Shown here: in pieces, positions 18,611 through 28,307 of the stretch | How the letters are laid out: each line of letters starts with the position of its first letter | How positions within the stretch are numbered: the stretch's first letter is position 1 | The notes under the pieces: model-generated | Seen by the model: the letters and a program-made list of their open reading frames with translations, nothing else | Told to the model about the DNA's origin: nothing | Databases searched by the model: none | Program-made: the position numbers and the translations under genes | Sequence record: CP052943.1 | From: a plasmid | Reading direction: 5' to 3' (one strand) | Length of the DNA stretch: 45,985 nt

Positions 18611-21600
18611 ATGAAAAGCAATAACGTTGGTTCTAAAATTTGTATGACAGGATTATCAACAGCATTATTATTGTCAACACTTGGATTAGGAGAGATTGAT
18701 ACAGCACATGCAAAAGATCAAAAGAACGATTCTTCAAGTTCAAAAACGCAAAAGCAAGCTAATGAAAAGACATCACAAAATTCATCAGTTGATGACTCGG
18801 ATTTAAAAAAAGCAGTACAAAACGCAAAAGATGCAGGTATAGATGTCAAAGAAGGAAACATCCAGCATCATAAAGTTACTGACAAAAGTATAGACAAAAC
18901 AAAAAAAGAAATACAAGCAGACTATGAAAAGCAAATAAAAGATTTAGAAAAAGCTACTAAGAAATATAAAGCCGATCAAGAATCTTATGAGAAAGAAGTT
19001 AAAGAAGTCAAAGCATATAACGATAAACAACTTAAAGACTATCAAGATAAAGTGAAAAAACAAAAGTCTTCTGTAGATAGTGCCAAAAAAAATCCAGCAC
19101 AACCTAAGTATAGTGCTAATCTGAGAGGGGAAAAAGGTCATTCTTATACAAAATCAGGTTCTTGGCATAATTTAAAGTCTAAAACAATTGATAATGATAT
19201 TCACGTTAGCTCATCTGGAGATGTCAAATCATTTAAAGATCTTCAAAATGGTAATTTTGCTATTCATGCTTACTCTGATAAAAAAAGGAAGTTGTCTAAT
19301 GATAAAATTGTTCAAAAAGTATCATGGGGCAATGTTAAGCCAAAAGGAAAAACTGTTGTTAAGGGAGACAGAGTAACTAAAGATTTGCATAATAAAGTAC
19401 CAAGTTATAAAAATCCTGCGTATGATACATCAGGGAAAAATAATAAATTTGGTAAAACTACTCAACTTCACTCAGTAAAAGCTGGTAATTGGGTAACAAT
19501 TCCTAATGCTGTTAAATTAGCTAATGGAAAAGCAAAAGATTTACAAGTGAAATTTAGTAAGTCTGGTACTAAACTTAAATATGGTGGGGATTACGTTACT
19601 TTCTGGAATGAAGGTGGCTCAATTAACTATTATGATGGATCTGCTGATGTTAACCAAACACCACCTAAAGATAAAATCACAGCATCATATAAAGTAGGAG
19701 ACGGAAAAGAAAAATATTTATGGACGGGTGCTACTTTTGATATTGATGGTGGTCAAGAATTAACAATGGAAGATAACAATTCAGCTATTGTAGCGATGGG
19801 TGGAGGACTCAAAGCTGATAGCGATAAAGTTAACAAAGTATCAAGTTCTAAATATTTAGGTAGTACATGGGGCAAAAATAAAGGAGCAAACTTATTAGAC
19901 GGTACTTCATCTGTACCTGATGGTACAGCAATTTTTGCCAAATATGCTGATGTAATTAGTCATTCTGTTAATAATACAGGTGTTAAAGGTTCAACATTAG
20001 TTGCTAATGGAGACTTTGGTATGCACGTAACAACAAGTATTGCTAAATACCCTACATTAAAAAAAGAACCTAAAAAACCAACACCACCTAAAGTTAATTA
20101 TAACTTCCATGATATGAGTATTAATCCAACTACAAAAAAATCAGTAAGTAAAAAAGATGTTGGTTATGATAAAGATTATAACTATACATTAGATTATCAA
20201 TTACCAGTTATTAAGAAAGATAAAAAAGATGATGCATCTCAAGATCAATCAAAAGATGCAAAAGACACTAACCTTGAAAATCCTAAAGATGAAATTAATG
20301 GTAAATACAAAAATGACTATCAAACATTTACACTAGGCGATGATTTACCAGATGAATTAAATCTTCAAAAAGATAAAATTAAAGTAACCGATGATAAAGG
20401 TAAAGATGTTACTAAGCAGGGTAAACTTGATGTTGATGAAAAACATCAATCATTTAGATGGACGCCTAAAAACCCAGAAGAATTTTCAGCGCAGAAACTT
20501 AAAGTTAACGTTGTCTCTCAAGTTAATGGAAAAGCAGACTTGAAAAAGTGGAAAAAAGACAATGATACATTTGAAATACCCAACACTGGATATTTAGAAT
20601 TAGATCATAAGAAAATTCCAACAAATAAAGTACCAGTATTTGTGAAGAAAAAAGTAAACAGCGATATCAAAAAGCACATCTTAGAAGATGGAAATCTTAA
20701 AGAGCATAATAAATCTAAAAAAGGAAATGACATCAATTATCAACTTGATTACACGTTAGGAAACGATAAAGACTATAAAAAAGTAACTATTAAAGATGAT
20801 TTAGAGGATGTTGAAGATATTAAAGGCGTTAAAGTTTATTTACCAAAAAATCAAAAGTCATCGCTATCTAAGAAAGAGCGTGAAGATATTGATAAAGCAT
20901 TGAAAAATGCTCATACAAAACAAGATGAATTTAAACCTGATTCTTCATCATCAAACAAAAATGAACAAAAACGTAATGATAACATCAAAGATAATGACGA
21001 TGAACAAAACATTAATATCGACCTTATTAAGAACAACATTGATAAATTGAAAAAAGATAAAGACGGAGAAATTGATGTTGCATCTCTACTTAAAATAACA
21101 GACCAAAAAGCTAAAGACATCGCAAAAGATATTCATATTGACGATAATATTGAATATGACAAGTCTCATCATATTAAGCCGGGAACTTATAAAATTAATA
21201 TTAAAGGCAATAATAAAAAAGACGGCATTGATAAAACGGTTAATTTAAAAGTTGATGACAAAGGTAATATTGAACTGTTACCAAAGGATGGTAAACAAAG
21301 TGACGATAAAAAAGCCAAAGAAGATAGCAATACAACAAAAAATCAAAAATCACAAAAAGATGATAAATCTACAAAATCAACTCAAGAGTCAGAACGTAAA
21401 AACCAAAATAATCAAACTGACATAGACTCTAATAATAGCCATAAGTCAAATACAAAAGACAGTAAAGGACAAGATGGCGATTTAGATATAACAAAATTAG
21501 GGAATTTAAAAGTCGATAATAAAAAAGAAAGCTTCGAATGGAGTCCTAAAGATGCAAGTTTACTTAAAGGGAAAAAGGTTAAAGTTCTTTTAAATTCTAA

Positions 21601-21934
21601 ATTTAAAGATGATGTTGATTACAAAAACTTTGCTAAAGGGGATAAATATATCATTCCTAATACATCAGAAATTCAATATGATAATAAAACGGATAAATCA
21701 AATAAAGTAGATACTGAAATTCCTAAAGAAAAAGAGCCTACAAAATCTAATACTGTTGCACCTCCTAAAAAAGAAGAACCTAAAAAACCAGCACCTCAAC
21801 CTAAGAAAGAGGAATCAAAAAAAGATTTACCAATGACAGGTACAGAAAAATCTGTTGCTGGTGTAATTATTGGTGCTGTACTTATTGGTCTTGCTGGTGT
21901 GTCTACTTACTTATATAGAAGAAAACGCTCTTAA
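18611..21934 (+). CDS. LPxTG-anchored surface adhesin (1107 aa), candidate mating-pair/aggregation protein
   Basis: Signal peptide MKSNNVGSKICMTGLSTALLLSTLGLGEIDTAHA; C-terminal LPMTG (21827-21841) plus hydrophobic helix plus RRKRS; Pro/Lys-rich wall-spanning repeats. Confidence 0.8.
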   Translation: MKSNNVGSKICMTGLSTALLLSTLGLGEIDTAHAKDQKNDSSSSKTQKQANEKTSQNSSVDDSDLKKAVQNAKDAGIDVKEGNIQHHKVTDKSIDKTKKEIQADYEKQIKDLEKATKKYKADQESYEKEVKEVKAYNDKQLKDYQDKVKKQKSSVDSAKKNPAQPKYSANLRGEKGHSYTKSGSWHNLKSKTIDNDIHVSSSGDVKSFKDLQNGNFAIHAYSDKKRKLSNDKIVQKVSWGNVKPKGKTVVKGDRVTKDLHNKVPSYKNPAYDTSGKNNKFGKTTQLHSVKAGNWVTIPNAVKLANGKAKDLQVKFSKSGTKLKYGGDYVTFWNEGGSINYYDGSADVNQTPPKDKITASYKVGDGKEKYLWTGATFDIDGGQELTMEDNNSAIVAMGGGLKADSDKVNKVSSSKYLGSTWGKNKGANLLDGTSSVPDGTAIFAKYADVISHSVNNTGVKGSTLVANGDFGMHVTTSIAKYPTLKKEPKKPTPPKVNYNFHDMSINPTTKKSVSKKDVGYDKDYNYTLDYQLPVIKKDKKDDASQDQSKDAKDTNLENPKDEINGKYKNDYQTFTLGDDLPDELNLQKDKIKVTDDKGKDVTKQGKLDVDEKHQSFRWTPKNPEEFSAQKLKVNVVSQVNGKADLKKWKKDNDTFEIPNTGYLELDHKKIPTNKVPVFVKKKVNSDIKKHILEDGNLKEHNKSKKGNDINYQLDYTLGNDKDYKKVTIKDDLEDVEDIKGVKVYLPKNQKSSLSKKEREDIDKALKNAHTKQDEFKPDSSSSNKNEQKRNDNIKDNDDEQNINIDLIKNNIDKLKKDKDGEIDVASLLKITDQKAKDIAKDIHIDDNIEYDKSHHIKPGTYKINIKGNNKKDGIDKTVNLKVDDKGNIELLPKDGKQSDDKKAKEDSNTTKNQKSQKDDKSTKSTQESERKNQNNQTDIDSNNSHKSNTKDSKGQDGDLDITKLGNLKVDNKKESFEWSPKDASLLKGKKVKVLLNSKFKDDVDYKNFAKGDKYIIPNTSEIQYDNKTDKSNKVDTEIPKEKEPTKSNTVAPPKKEEPKKPAPQPKKEESKKDLPMTGTEKSVAGVIIGAVLIGLAGVSTYLYRRKRS

Positions 21935-21948
21935 GGTTAAGTGAATTA

Positions 21949-21981
21949 GTTAACGGCACTTTTGGGTGTCGTTAACTTTTT
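21949..21981 (+). terminator. Rho-independent terminator after adhesin gene
   Basis: gttaacggcac ttttgg gtgtcgttaac tttt. Confidence 0.55.
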
Positions 21982-22015
21982 ACTCAATATATAAAATTAA
22001 TTAGGGGGAGATAGA

Positions 22016-22312
22016 ATGGCTGTTGATAATCTTATTCCAACAGACTATAGAAAGTTAGTTCTAACTGCAACTCAGTATAAAGATCCAATGATGAATTATT
22101 TAACTGAAGACTTAGAAAGACGTGATAAATTACTTTTTATTATGGTGCATCATGAGAAAAGTCTTACAGAAATTATAAACTCAGAAGATAAAAATTTGGA
22201 AGATGCGCAATTTTGTATCAAACAGCTAGTTAGTAACATTAGTAATTTATATGTTCTGTCAGAAGTGCAAGATATGGATAGAAAGTATCAAAAGGGAGAG
22301 ATTGAATATTGA
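22016..22312 (+). CDS. Hypothetical 98-aa protein, co-operonic with CHAP protein
   Basis: 4-nt overlap with downstream gene. Confidence 0.45.
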   Translation: MAVDNLIPTDYRKLVLTATQYKDPMMNYLTEDLERRDKLLFIMVHHEKSLTEIINSEDKNLEDAQFCIKQLVSNISNLYVLSEVQDMDRKYQKGEIEY

Positions 22313-22932
22313 GAAAGTGGTTAGTTGTACTTATTATTGCTTTTACAGTCGTTGCTGGATTGCCGTCTAATGCTAATGCTAAAACGACGTACACAGCAGA
22401 TAAACACGTACAAAATATTGCTACCGATCATAGTCAAATCAATAAAAATACAGAAAAACAATTAAATGCTAAACGAGTTCAAACATTTTTAGCAACACAA
22501 GATAATATCAATTTTATTAATGATACACTACAAGGGCGTGGCTGGGACTTTGATAATTTTGCAGGCTACCAGTGTTTTGATTTAGTTAATGTCTATTGGT
22601 ATCACTTATATGGTCATGGACTCAATGGAATGTATGCTAAAGATATACCGTTCCAAAATGATTTTACTAATGAGGCGAGCGTACATCAGAATACACCATC
22701 TTTTAAGGCATATCCCGGTGACGTAGTTGTTTTTGGTAATTCTTATGGAAAGGGAATGGGACACGTTGCTATAGTTACTAATGGTAATGTGGACGGCAAT
22801 TGGAATAAATTCGAAAGTCTTGATCAAAATTGGAATCATGGAGGAATTAACAAAACAGAGAAAGCACACAAAGTTGTTCATAACTATGATACAAGATCAG
22901 GACAAATGTATTTCATCAGATCTTTTAGATAA
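22309..22932 (+). CDS. Secreted CHAP-domain peptidoglycan hydrolase (SsaA-like)
   Basis: Signal peptide ...SNANA; CHAP Cys in GYQCFDLV and His in MGHVAIVT. Confidence 0.7.
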   Translation: MRKWLVVLIIAFTVVAGLPSNANAKTTYTADKHVQNIATDHSQINKNTEKQLNAKRVQTFLATQDNINFINDTLQGRGWDFDNFAGYQCFDLVNVYWYHLYGHGLNGMYAKDIPFQNDFTNEASVHQNTPSFKAYPGDVVVFGNSYGKGMGHVAIVTNGNVDGNWNKFESLDQNWNHGGINKTEKAHKVVHNYDTRSGQMYFIRSFR

Positions 22933-23208
22933 CTAGAATTCAAAAAAAGAATTTTCTAAAGTAATAAAAAGTACATTTACCCCCAGCTTATAACAAAAGT
23001 TGGGGGTATTAATTCTTAACTATTGAGCATACTAAGCACATCATTATACGCTCGCTTATATTCTGCTTTGGATGGATTAACTTCTGCTTTGAAGTGATAA
23101 AACGCTAAAAGCCCGTGATATTCCTCTGTTGTAAGGTTGTTTGGAATATTAAGATTTGATTAAAAGCATTTAACTTAAATCAAATGAGTAAAGGAACGTT
23201 CTTTTACT

Positions 23209-23236
23209 TTGACAATTGTCCTGTTTCGTGATAATT
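23209..23236 (+). promoter_or_regulatory. Promoter of antisense sRNA (TTGACA-N15/16-GATAAT, TG-extended)
   Basis: ttgacaattgtcctgtttcgtgataat. Confidence 0.5.
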
Positions 23237-23242
23237 TATTAT

Positions 23243-23305
23243 TAAATAACTAATGAAAACATGGGAAAACCCTCCAACCGTCGCCTCGGTATAGGAGGGT
23301 TTTTT
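23243..23305 (+). ncRNA. Candidate roughly 63-nt antitoxin sRNA (RNA II-like) of a type I TA. Contains aactaatgaaaacatgg, complementary to the toxin start region, and ends in the bidirectional terminator 23266-23305
   Basis: Promoter upstream, terminator aaaaccctcc...ggagggtttttt downstream; 19-nt identity with toxin TIR locus (23395-23413). Confidence 0.5.
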
Positions 23306-23315
23306 GTGTCATCTC

Positions 23316-23411
23316 TTAGCTATTGTGCTTGTTCTTAAGATGTACGATGTACATCATTATAAGGTCGCCTAGCACGTTAGCTATAAGTGTACCTATAACT
23401 AATGAAAACAT
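23316..23411 (-). CDS. Type I toxin-like 31-aa hydrophobic peptide (Fst/par-like architecture)
   Basis: aaggaggtga SD, 7-nt spacer, ATG; MFSLVIGTLIANVLGDLIMMYIVHLKNKHNS (TM helix plus basic tail). Convergent with the sRNA and sharing its terminator. Confidence 0.55.
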   Translation of the reverse strand: MFSLVIGTLIANVLGDLIMMYIVHLKNKHNS

Positions 23412-23577
23412 GGTCTCACCTCCTTAACATGTCAAAAAAATGTTAGAGGCACGATGACACAACCATTTATTATATCATATGTATAATATAACAAAAGGAC
23501 AAAGAAATTAAATTGACGTATTTTTTGAGTGAAAAAAAGGACTTACAATGTAAGTCCTTTTCATTAGTTTATAAGTT

Positions 23578-24018
23578 TTATGAAATCTGATCCTGAGCAG
23601 TGCCTCTATCAAGATATTCATAACTATAATTTTTACCATTAAAAATGACGTGTCCTTGATACTTTTTATCTAAATCGTGTGCTTTATCTTCTGTAAATAC
23701 CCAATCGATACAATTCACTACAAAAAATTCTTCTGATGGATTAATAGAATATATTTCTTTTTTGAGCGTTTTCTCCATTTTTTTACTATAGACTTTAATC
23801 TTAAAGTTATAAGGAGTTTCACTTTGGTTTGGAAAAATATTTAGTGTATAGTGAGACGTGTTTCTTTTTTCAGTAAATAAAAACTTAGGATTCAAGGACT
23901 TGTTTACATACTTAATCTCATCTGATTTTGTATACTTATATTTGTATTTAAAAAATAAATAACAGCCTAGTAGGGATGCAATAACAACAAACAAAATAAC
24001 GTCGATTAATAATTTCAT
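23578..24018 (-). CDS. Membrane-anchored hypothetical protein (146 aa)
   Basis: N-terminal TM LIDVILFVVIASLLGCYLFF. Confidence 0.45.
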   Translation of the reverse strand: MKLLIDVILFVVIASLLGCYLFFKYKYKYTKSDEIKYVNKSLNPKFLFTEKRNTSHYTLNIFPNQSETPYNFKIKVYSKKMEKTLKKEIYSINPSEEFFVVNCIDWVFTEDKAHDLDKKYQGHVIFNGKNYSYEYLDRGTAQDQIS

Positions 24019-24116
24019 TCTAATAGTTTCATCCTTTCTTTAAAAAGTTATTTTTAGACGCTGAGAGACGCATTGAGTTGCATCGAAAGCGTACTTTGCT
24101 TTATCGTTGTTTTACA

Positions 24117-26567
24117 TTACATCTCTAAATCATTTTCAGTGTCTTTAGTTATGGATTGTCTTCCAGACGTAAATGATTTTTTTCGTTTCTTTTGAATATT
24201 GTCTACATCTTCTTTCTCACTTTGTTCAGCTTTTACTGGTTGTTCATGCTCAATCTGAACTTCCTTTGTTTGAGTCTTTTTTTTGTTATGATCAACTATT
24301 TTTAAGTAATCATTCCAGTCTTTACCCTCACTTGGTAAATTAGATTGAAACACAACATCTTTTTGACTTTGGAACTGAAACTTAACATCTTGTGTCATTC
24401 TTGAAACAAATTCTTTACCATGTTTATCATTATCAACGCAAAGATAAATGTTATCAGGCTCTTTATTATATTTTTTAACAAAGTGATGTACTTGATGGTA
24501 TGCGTTTGTTTCTTTTAATCCAGACATAGAAGCATAAGCGTTTTTTTCTTCTGGGTGGAGTGAAGCATAGCTCATTGCATCTATGGGTGCTTCAAAAATC
24601 AGTAAGTTATCTGGTTCAGTCTTAGAAGTTGTAAAATTAAAACCGAAATTACCATGATTTGTTTCTATTTTTTTGAATGGTTTTTCTGATGTGCCTCGTA
24701 AGTCTTGACCTACAACATTATTATCAGAATCTTTCCATAGGAACGCAACATTATTATGGCTGTCTTGTTTAATGAGGCCTTGCTCTCTTAAATCATCAAC
24801 TAGATTTGAATTTATTTTTCTCTCCTCTACTAAATAGTTATATGCTTTAAATTCATCAGATTTTTTCACATAATTACTTTCATCATATTTAAACTCTGGC
24901 TTTTCTTTTTCGATTTTGATGGATTTATCTAAAGTACCAAAATCATCTGAATTAAGAAGCTCTACGGCATCGTTAAAGTCTTCTTTATAGAGATCTCCAG
25001 CTAGTTCAGGATTTTGAATAAATTGAATTGGGCTACCACTCCAATTTTTCTCTCCTCTACGAGAGTTCCAAAAGAAAGCATTATCTTTTGGTTTAATCAT
25101 TAGAGAGTCATGTTCAACTCCTTTATAAAAACTGCCTGTACGTTCAAAGCTTTGTCCAGCAAATGAGGCAACTTCTAATATTGATTTTTCTTCTGCTATT
25201 TTTATTTTATCTTCCATACTTTTAGCAGTTGATTTTTCAGTAGTAAACTCCAGTTTGTCTTTATAATTATCTTGTTTTAAGCTCATTACAGCATCGGGAT
25301 AACGCATTCCATTATTTACTAAAAAGCGTATTGGATCGCCACCTTGCTTTTTGGAAGTATCATAGTAGATATTTTTTTCAGAATTAACATAGATATTAGG
25401 GTTTGCCTCATCTTTATAATACTTACCATTTTTTTGAACAATTTCATGCCCATTTTGATTAAGTACATCAATAATACTTTTGTTTCTTGCTATTTGCTTA
25501 TCTTCTTTAGTAAGTTTTATGAATTGTTTCTTATCTTCTTTTTTTGATAAAGCTGCGTCTTTGTTTTCTCGTTCGTGGGTTGTGTCTTTTTCTTCTATCT
25601 CAAATGTTTCTGTCTTTTGCAATTCTTCTAAATGCTCAAAATCAATGTGTTGATTAATTTGATTTATGAAACTTCTAGAGATATTTGTTACACGATTAAT
25701 GGTGTTCTTTGTGTCTTTTAAATCTCTCATATTATGAGAGTAATCAGAAATATATTTTATTGATGACTCACTGGGTTCTATACCATAATGTTTACTTACA
25801 ATATAAGCGACCATCTCAGCTTCAGTCTCTTTTTCTTGTCTTGTTAAATTATCTGATGCTTTATGGTGCAAAGCGTGAGTCAATTCGTGAATATACGTGT
25901 GATTTTTTTCTTCGGGTTCTAATCCTTGTCTAAGTCCTATAATATTTTCATTATCTCTTGTTTGAATATTTACACCTTTTTCAGCACCACCAATACTATT
26001 ATTTTGATAGGTATTGTTAGTGTAGTTATCAACTGTTTTTATGTTGTTATCTTCTGCAAAGCTTTGCAGCGCTTTAAAAACATGTTCCGTTGCATTGGGA
26101 GAAGATGTATATAACTTTTCTCTTCTATTAGGATAATACTCTGGAAGATCGTCAGCTTTTGCGTTTGTTTGTGTTACATCAAATACGGTTACAGGCTTAT
26201 AACCATACACCTTATCGATAGCTTTTATCTCATTATTTTTTACTTTTTCTTGAATAGATTCATCAACTTTGTTTAAGGGGAGGAGTTTCCCATCGACATT
26301 TACATGTTTTTTGAATTTAGGAGAAAGTATTTTGATTCCTTTTTCTCCACGCATAACGTGAAACCCTTTATTTTTAAAATGATTATAACTACCTACATAT
26401 TTAGCCGATGGATATTGTGATTGTATTAGTAATAAATTTCGATATGAATAGCTTGGGCATTTTGCAACAAAATTAAGATATTCTTGTACTTTTTCAGGAT
26501 TATCTTTAAATTCTTTCACACGTTCCACAAGAGAGTTAATTAATTCTTTATCCATAAGGAAACACAC
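24117..26567 (-). CDS. ArdC-like ssDNA-binding N-domain plus zincin (HExxH) metalloprotease plus TOPRIM/primase-like C-domain fusion (LtrC/TraC-like)
   Basis: HELTHALHH zincin motif mid-protein; C-terminal EAPIDAMSYASL and CVDNDKHGKEF (TOPRIM acidic motifs); distal gene of relaxase operon. Confidence 0.6.
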   Translation of the reverse strand: MCFLMDKELINSLVERVKEFKDNPEKVQEYLNFVAKCPSYSYRNLLLIQSQYPSAKYVGSYNHFKNKGFHVMRGEKGIKILSPKFKKHVNVDGKLLPLNKVDESIQEKVKNNEIKAIDKVYGYKPVTVFDVTQTNAKADDLPEYYPNRREKLYTSSPNATEHVFKALQSFAEDNNIKTVDNYTNNTYQNNSIGGAEKGVNIQTRDNENIIGLRQGLEPEEKNHTYIHELTHALHHKASDNLTRQEKETEAEMVAYIVSKHYGIEPSESSIKYISDYSHNMRDLKDTKNTINRVTNISRSFINQINQHIDFEHLEELQKTETFEIEEKDTTHERENKDAALSKKEDKKQFIKLTKEDKQIARNKSIIDVLNQNGHEIVQKNGKYYKDEANPNIYVNSEKNIYYDTSKKQGGDPIRFLVNNGMRYPDAVMSLKQDNYKDKLEFTTEKSTAKSMEDKIKIAEEKSILEVASFAGQSFERTGSFYKGVEHDSLMIKPKDNAFFWNSRRGEKNWSGSPIQFIQNPELAGDLYKEDFNDAVELLNSDDFGTLDKSIKIEKEKPEFKYDESNYVKKSDEFKAYNYLVEERKINSNLVDDLREQGLIKQDSHNNVAFLWKDSDNNVVGQDLRGTSEKPFKKIETNHGNFGFNFTTSKTEPDNLLIFEAPIDAMSYASLHPEEKNAYASMSGLKETNAYHQVHHFVKKYNKEPDNIYLCVDNDKHGKEFVSRMTQDVKFQFQSQKDVVFQSNLPSEGKDWNDYLKIVDHNKKKTQTKEVQIEHEQPVKAEQSEKEDVDNIQKKRKKSFTSGRQSITKDTENDLEM

Positions 26568-26591
26568 CTTTCAATACTTTTATGATTTAGT

Positions 26592-26933
26592 TTACTTATC
26601 TACCTTTGAGATACTTTCTTCATCTTTTATAGATGGCTTTCTAGGATTCTTCATAAATTCTTTATTAATGATATATGTCTCGCCAAACTCGGTATTTTCA
26701 ATATCTTCTAACATATCTTCTGTGAATTCTGATAATAAATAATCATTAGATACAAGATTTTTGAACACAAGTTCTTTTTTGGACTTATCTTTGAATATCA
26801 ATTCGTAAAAGTCCTCTAAACTCGTTTCTGCTTCTTCGTTTATAATTGGGTCTAATTCATTTTCATAATTTAATTTTCTCATTTTTAAATCCTTCCTTTT
26901 AACTAAAATAATTTTTAATATCTTCAGGAGCAT
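26592..26933 (-). CDS. Acidic hypothetical protein (113 aa), translationally coupled to sortase gene
   Basis: Overlaps sortase stop by 35 nt. Confidence 0.4.
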   Translation of the reverse strand: MLLKILKIILVKRKDLKMRKLNYENELDPIINEEAETSLEDFYELIFKDKSKKELVFKNLVSNDYLLSEFTEDMLEDIENTEFGETYIINKEFMKNPRKPSIKDEESISKVDK

Positions 26934-27798
26934 TGGATATTTTCATAGAATGTACCAATTCTCCTCTAATCATTAATCTCTGTCTTGCTTGTAAATCTTG
27001 ACACGTGATTAATGTAATAATGTGATTACCTTGACTATTTTCTACTACTTGGCCTGCGTGCTTGTTTAAAATCTTTCTCTCCGTCGTTTTGTACTGATAT
27101 ACATGAGAACCATCACAAGTAAAGATGTAGTCGCCAATTTGGACTCTATGCAAGGGAGAGAACAAAAGGTTAGGTGCTTCTACATAGTGACCAGCTAAAG
27201 CATAATTGCCTTGTCCCATCTTTTGATTTGGTTTCATAGTACCAGCTCCAACCCAAAGGTTTTGATCAGAAACTCCCTCTAAAATAGGTAAATTTAATTT
27301 GACGTTAGGAATAACAATGCGTCCTCTTAAATAGTTTTTGTTTAAGTGAGCTTTTCTCATATCTGATGCTTTTATAGGTCTAACATTAGAGTAATCATAG
27401 ACAATTCCTTGATCATCCTTTAAAGGTATACTACCATCATTTAATGCTTTAGTTATCTGCTCATGTGTATAATTTGATGTAGAAGAAGCTGAGCCTTTTT
27501 TTAAAACTTTATTTGTTAGATTATTTCGGAGATAGTCTCCTTTTTCTGTATCATCTCGTGGTCTGTTCCCCAAAAGTTTATCCAATTTTTCATTATTCCT
27601 TTTCATTTTATCATTCGGTATGTGAGCTACTTCTTTATTAACATGATGGCTAATCATAGGGGATATAATATGTTCAAAGATAGGATTGATAAATAACAGT
27701 AATACTCCGACAATAAAAGTTAGAGTAATAACTATTTTTATTATTCGTTTCATAATCTTATCTTGTCTGTACTTCTTTCTCTCATCTAAAATACTCAC
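26899..27798 (-). CDS. Sortase (SrtA-like, TLxTC), plasmid-encoded
   Basis: N-terminal TM; catalytic His (ALAGHY) and Cys in HIITLITCQD; conserved Arg downstream. Confidence 0.75.
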   Translation of the reverse strand: MSILDERKKYRQDKIMKRIIKIVITLTFIVGVLLLFINPIFEHIISPMISHHVNKEVAHIPNDKMKRNNEKLDKLLGNRPRDDTEKGDYLRNNLTNKVLKKGSASSTSNYTHEQITKALNDGSIPLKDDQGIVYDYSNVRPIKASDMRKAHLNKNYLRGRIVIPNVKLNLPILEGVSDQNLWVGAGTMKPNQKMGQGNYALAGHYVEAPNLLFSPLHRVQIGDYIFTCDGSHVYQYKTTERKILNKHAGQVVENSQGNHIITLITCQDLQARQRLMIRGELVHSMKISNAPEDIKNYFS

Positions 27799-27803
27799 TT
27801 TAT

Positions 27804-28307
27804 TTACCCCCCAATACCCATAGATAATAAAATTAGTAGTCCATTAAACATCGTGTGTACCAACATAGGATATATGATTCTCTGTGTTTTGTATGTTAAG
27901 TAGCACAAGAGCAAGCCACTTATGATATATGGAATAATAAATCCTGAATGCGCAAGTCCAAATAGAAAAGAACTTATCAAAGCAAAGATGGCTGGATAAT
28001 GGTATTTTTTTAAAAACAATTGAAAAAATAATTTTCTAAATATTAATTCCTCTGTTATAGGCGCTACAACAATCCCCGTAATTAGAAGAAGTGGATTATC
28101 AAAATACTTCATTGTTCTTGAACTCAAAGCACTTGGCTTATATAGACCTGTTTTATCTGCTAAAAAACCAATAGAAATTTGAGTAATAAACATTAGAATT
28201 AGAATAGCTAATGACAATAAAAGCTTTTTCCAGAATTTAAACGATGGAGAGGGGGCTTTTTTTAACTCATTGATCCATTTCCAATTTGGTAAGTGAATAC
28301 TAGCCAT
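27804..28307 (-). CDS. CPBP-family (CAAX protease/Abi) intramembrane metalloprotease
   Basis: Motifs ITEELIFRKLF and FGLAHS within multi-TM protein. Confidence 0.7.
   Translation of the reverse strand: MASIHLPNWKWINELKKAPSPSFKFWKKLLLSLAILILMFITQISIGFLADKTGLYKPSALSSRTMKYFDNPLLLITGIVVAPITEELIFRKLFFQLFLKKYHYPAIFALISSFLFGLAHSGFIIPYIISGLLLCYLTYKTQRIIYPMLVHTMFNGLLILLSMGIGG

Noticed and set aside
25344-26114. Plus-strand ORFs 25344..25547, 25709..25933, 25926..26114
   Set aside because: Antisense within the ArdC-like/TOPRIM gene; I/L/F-rich AT-driven ORFs.
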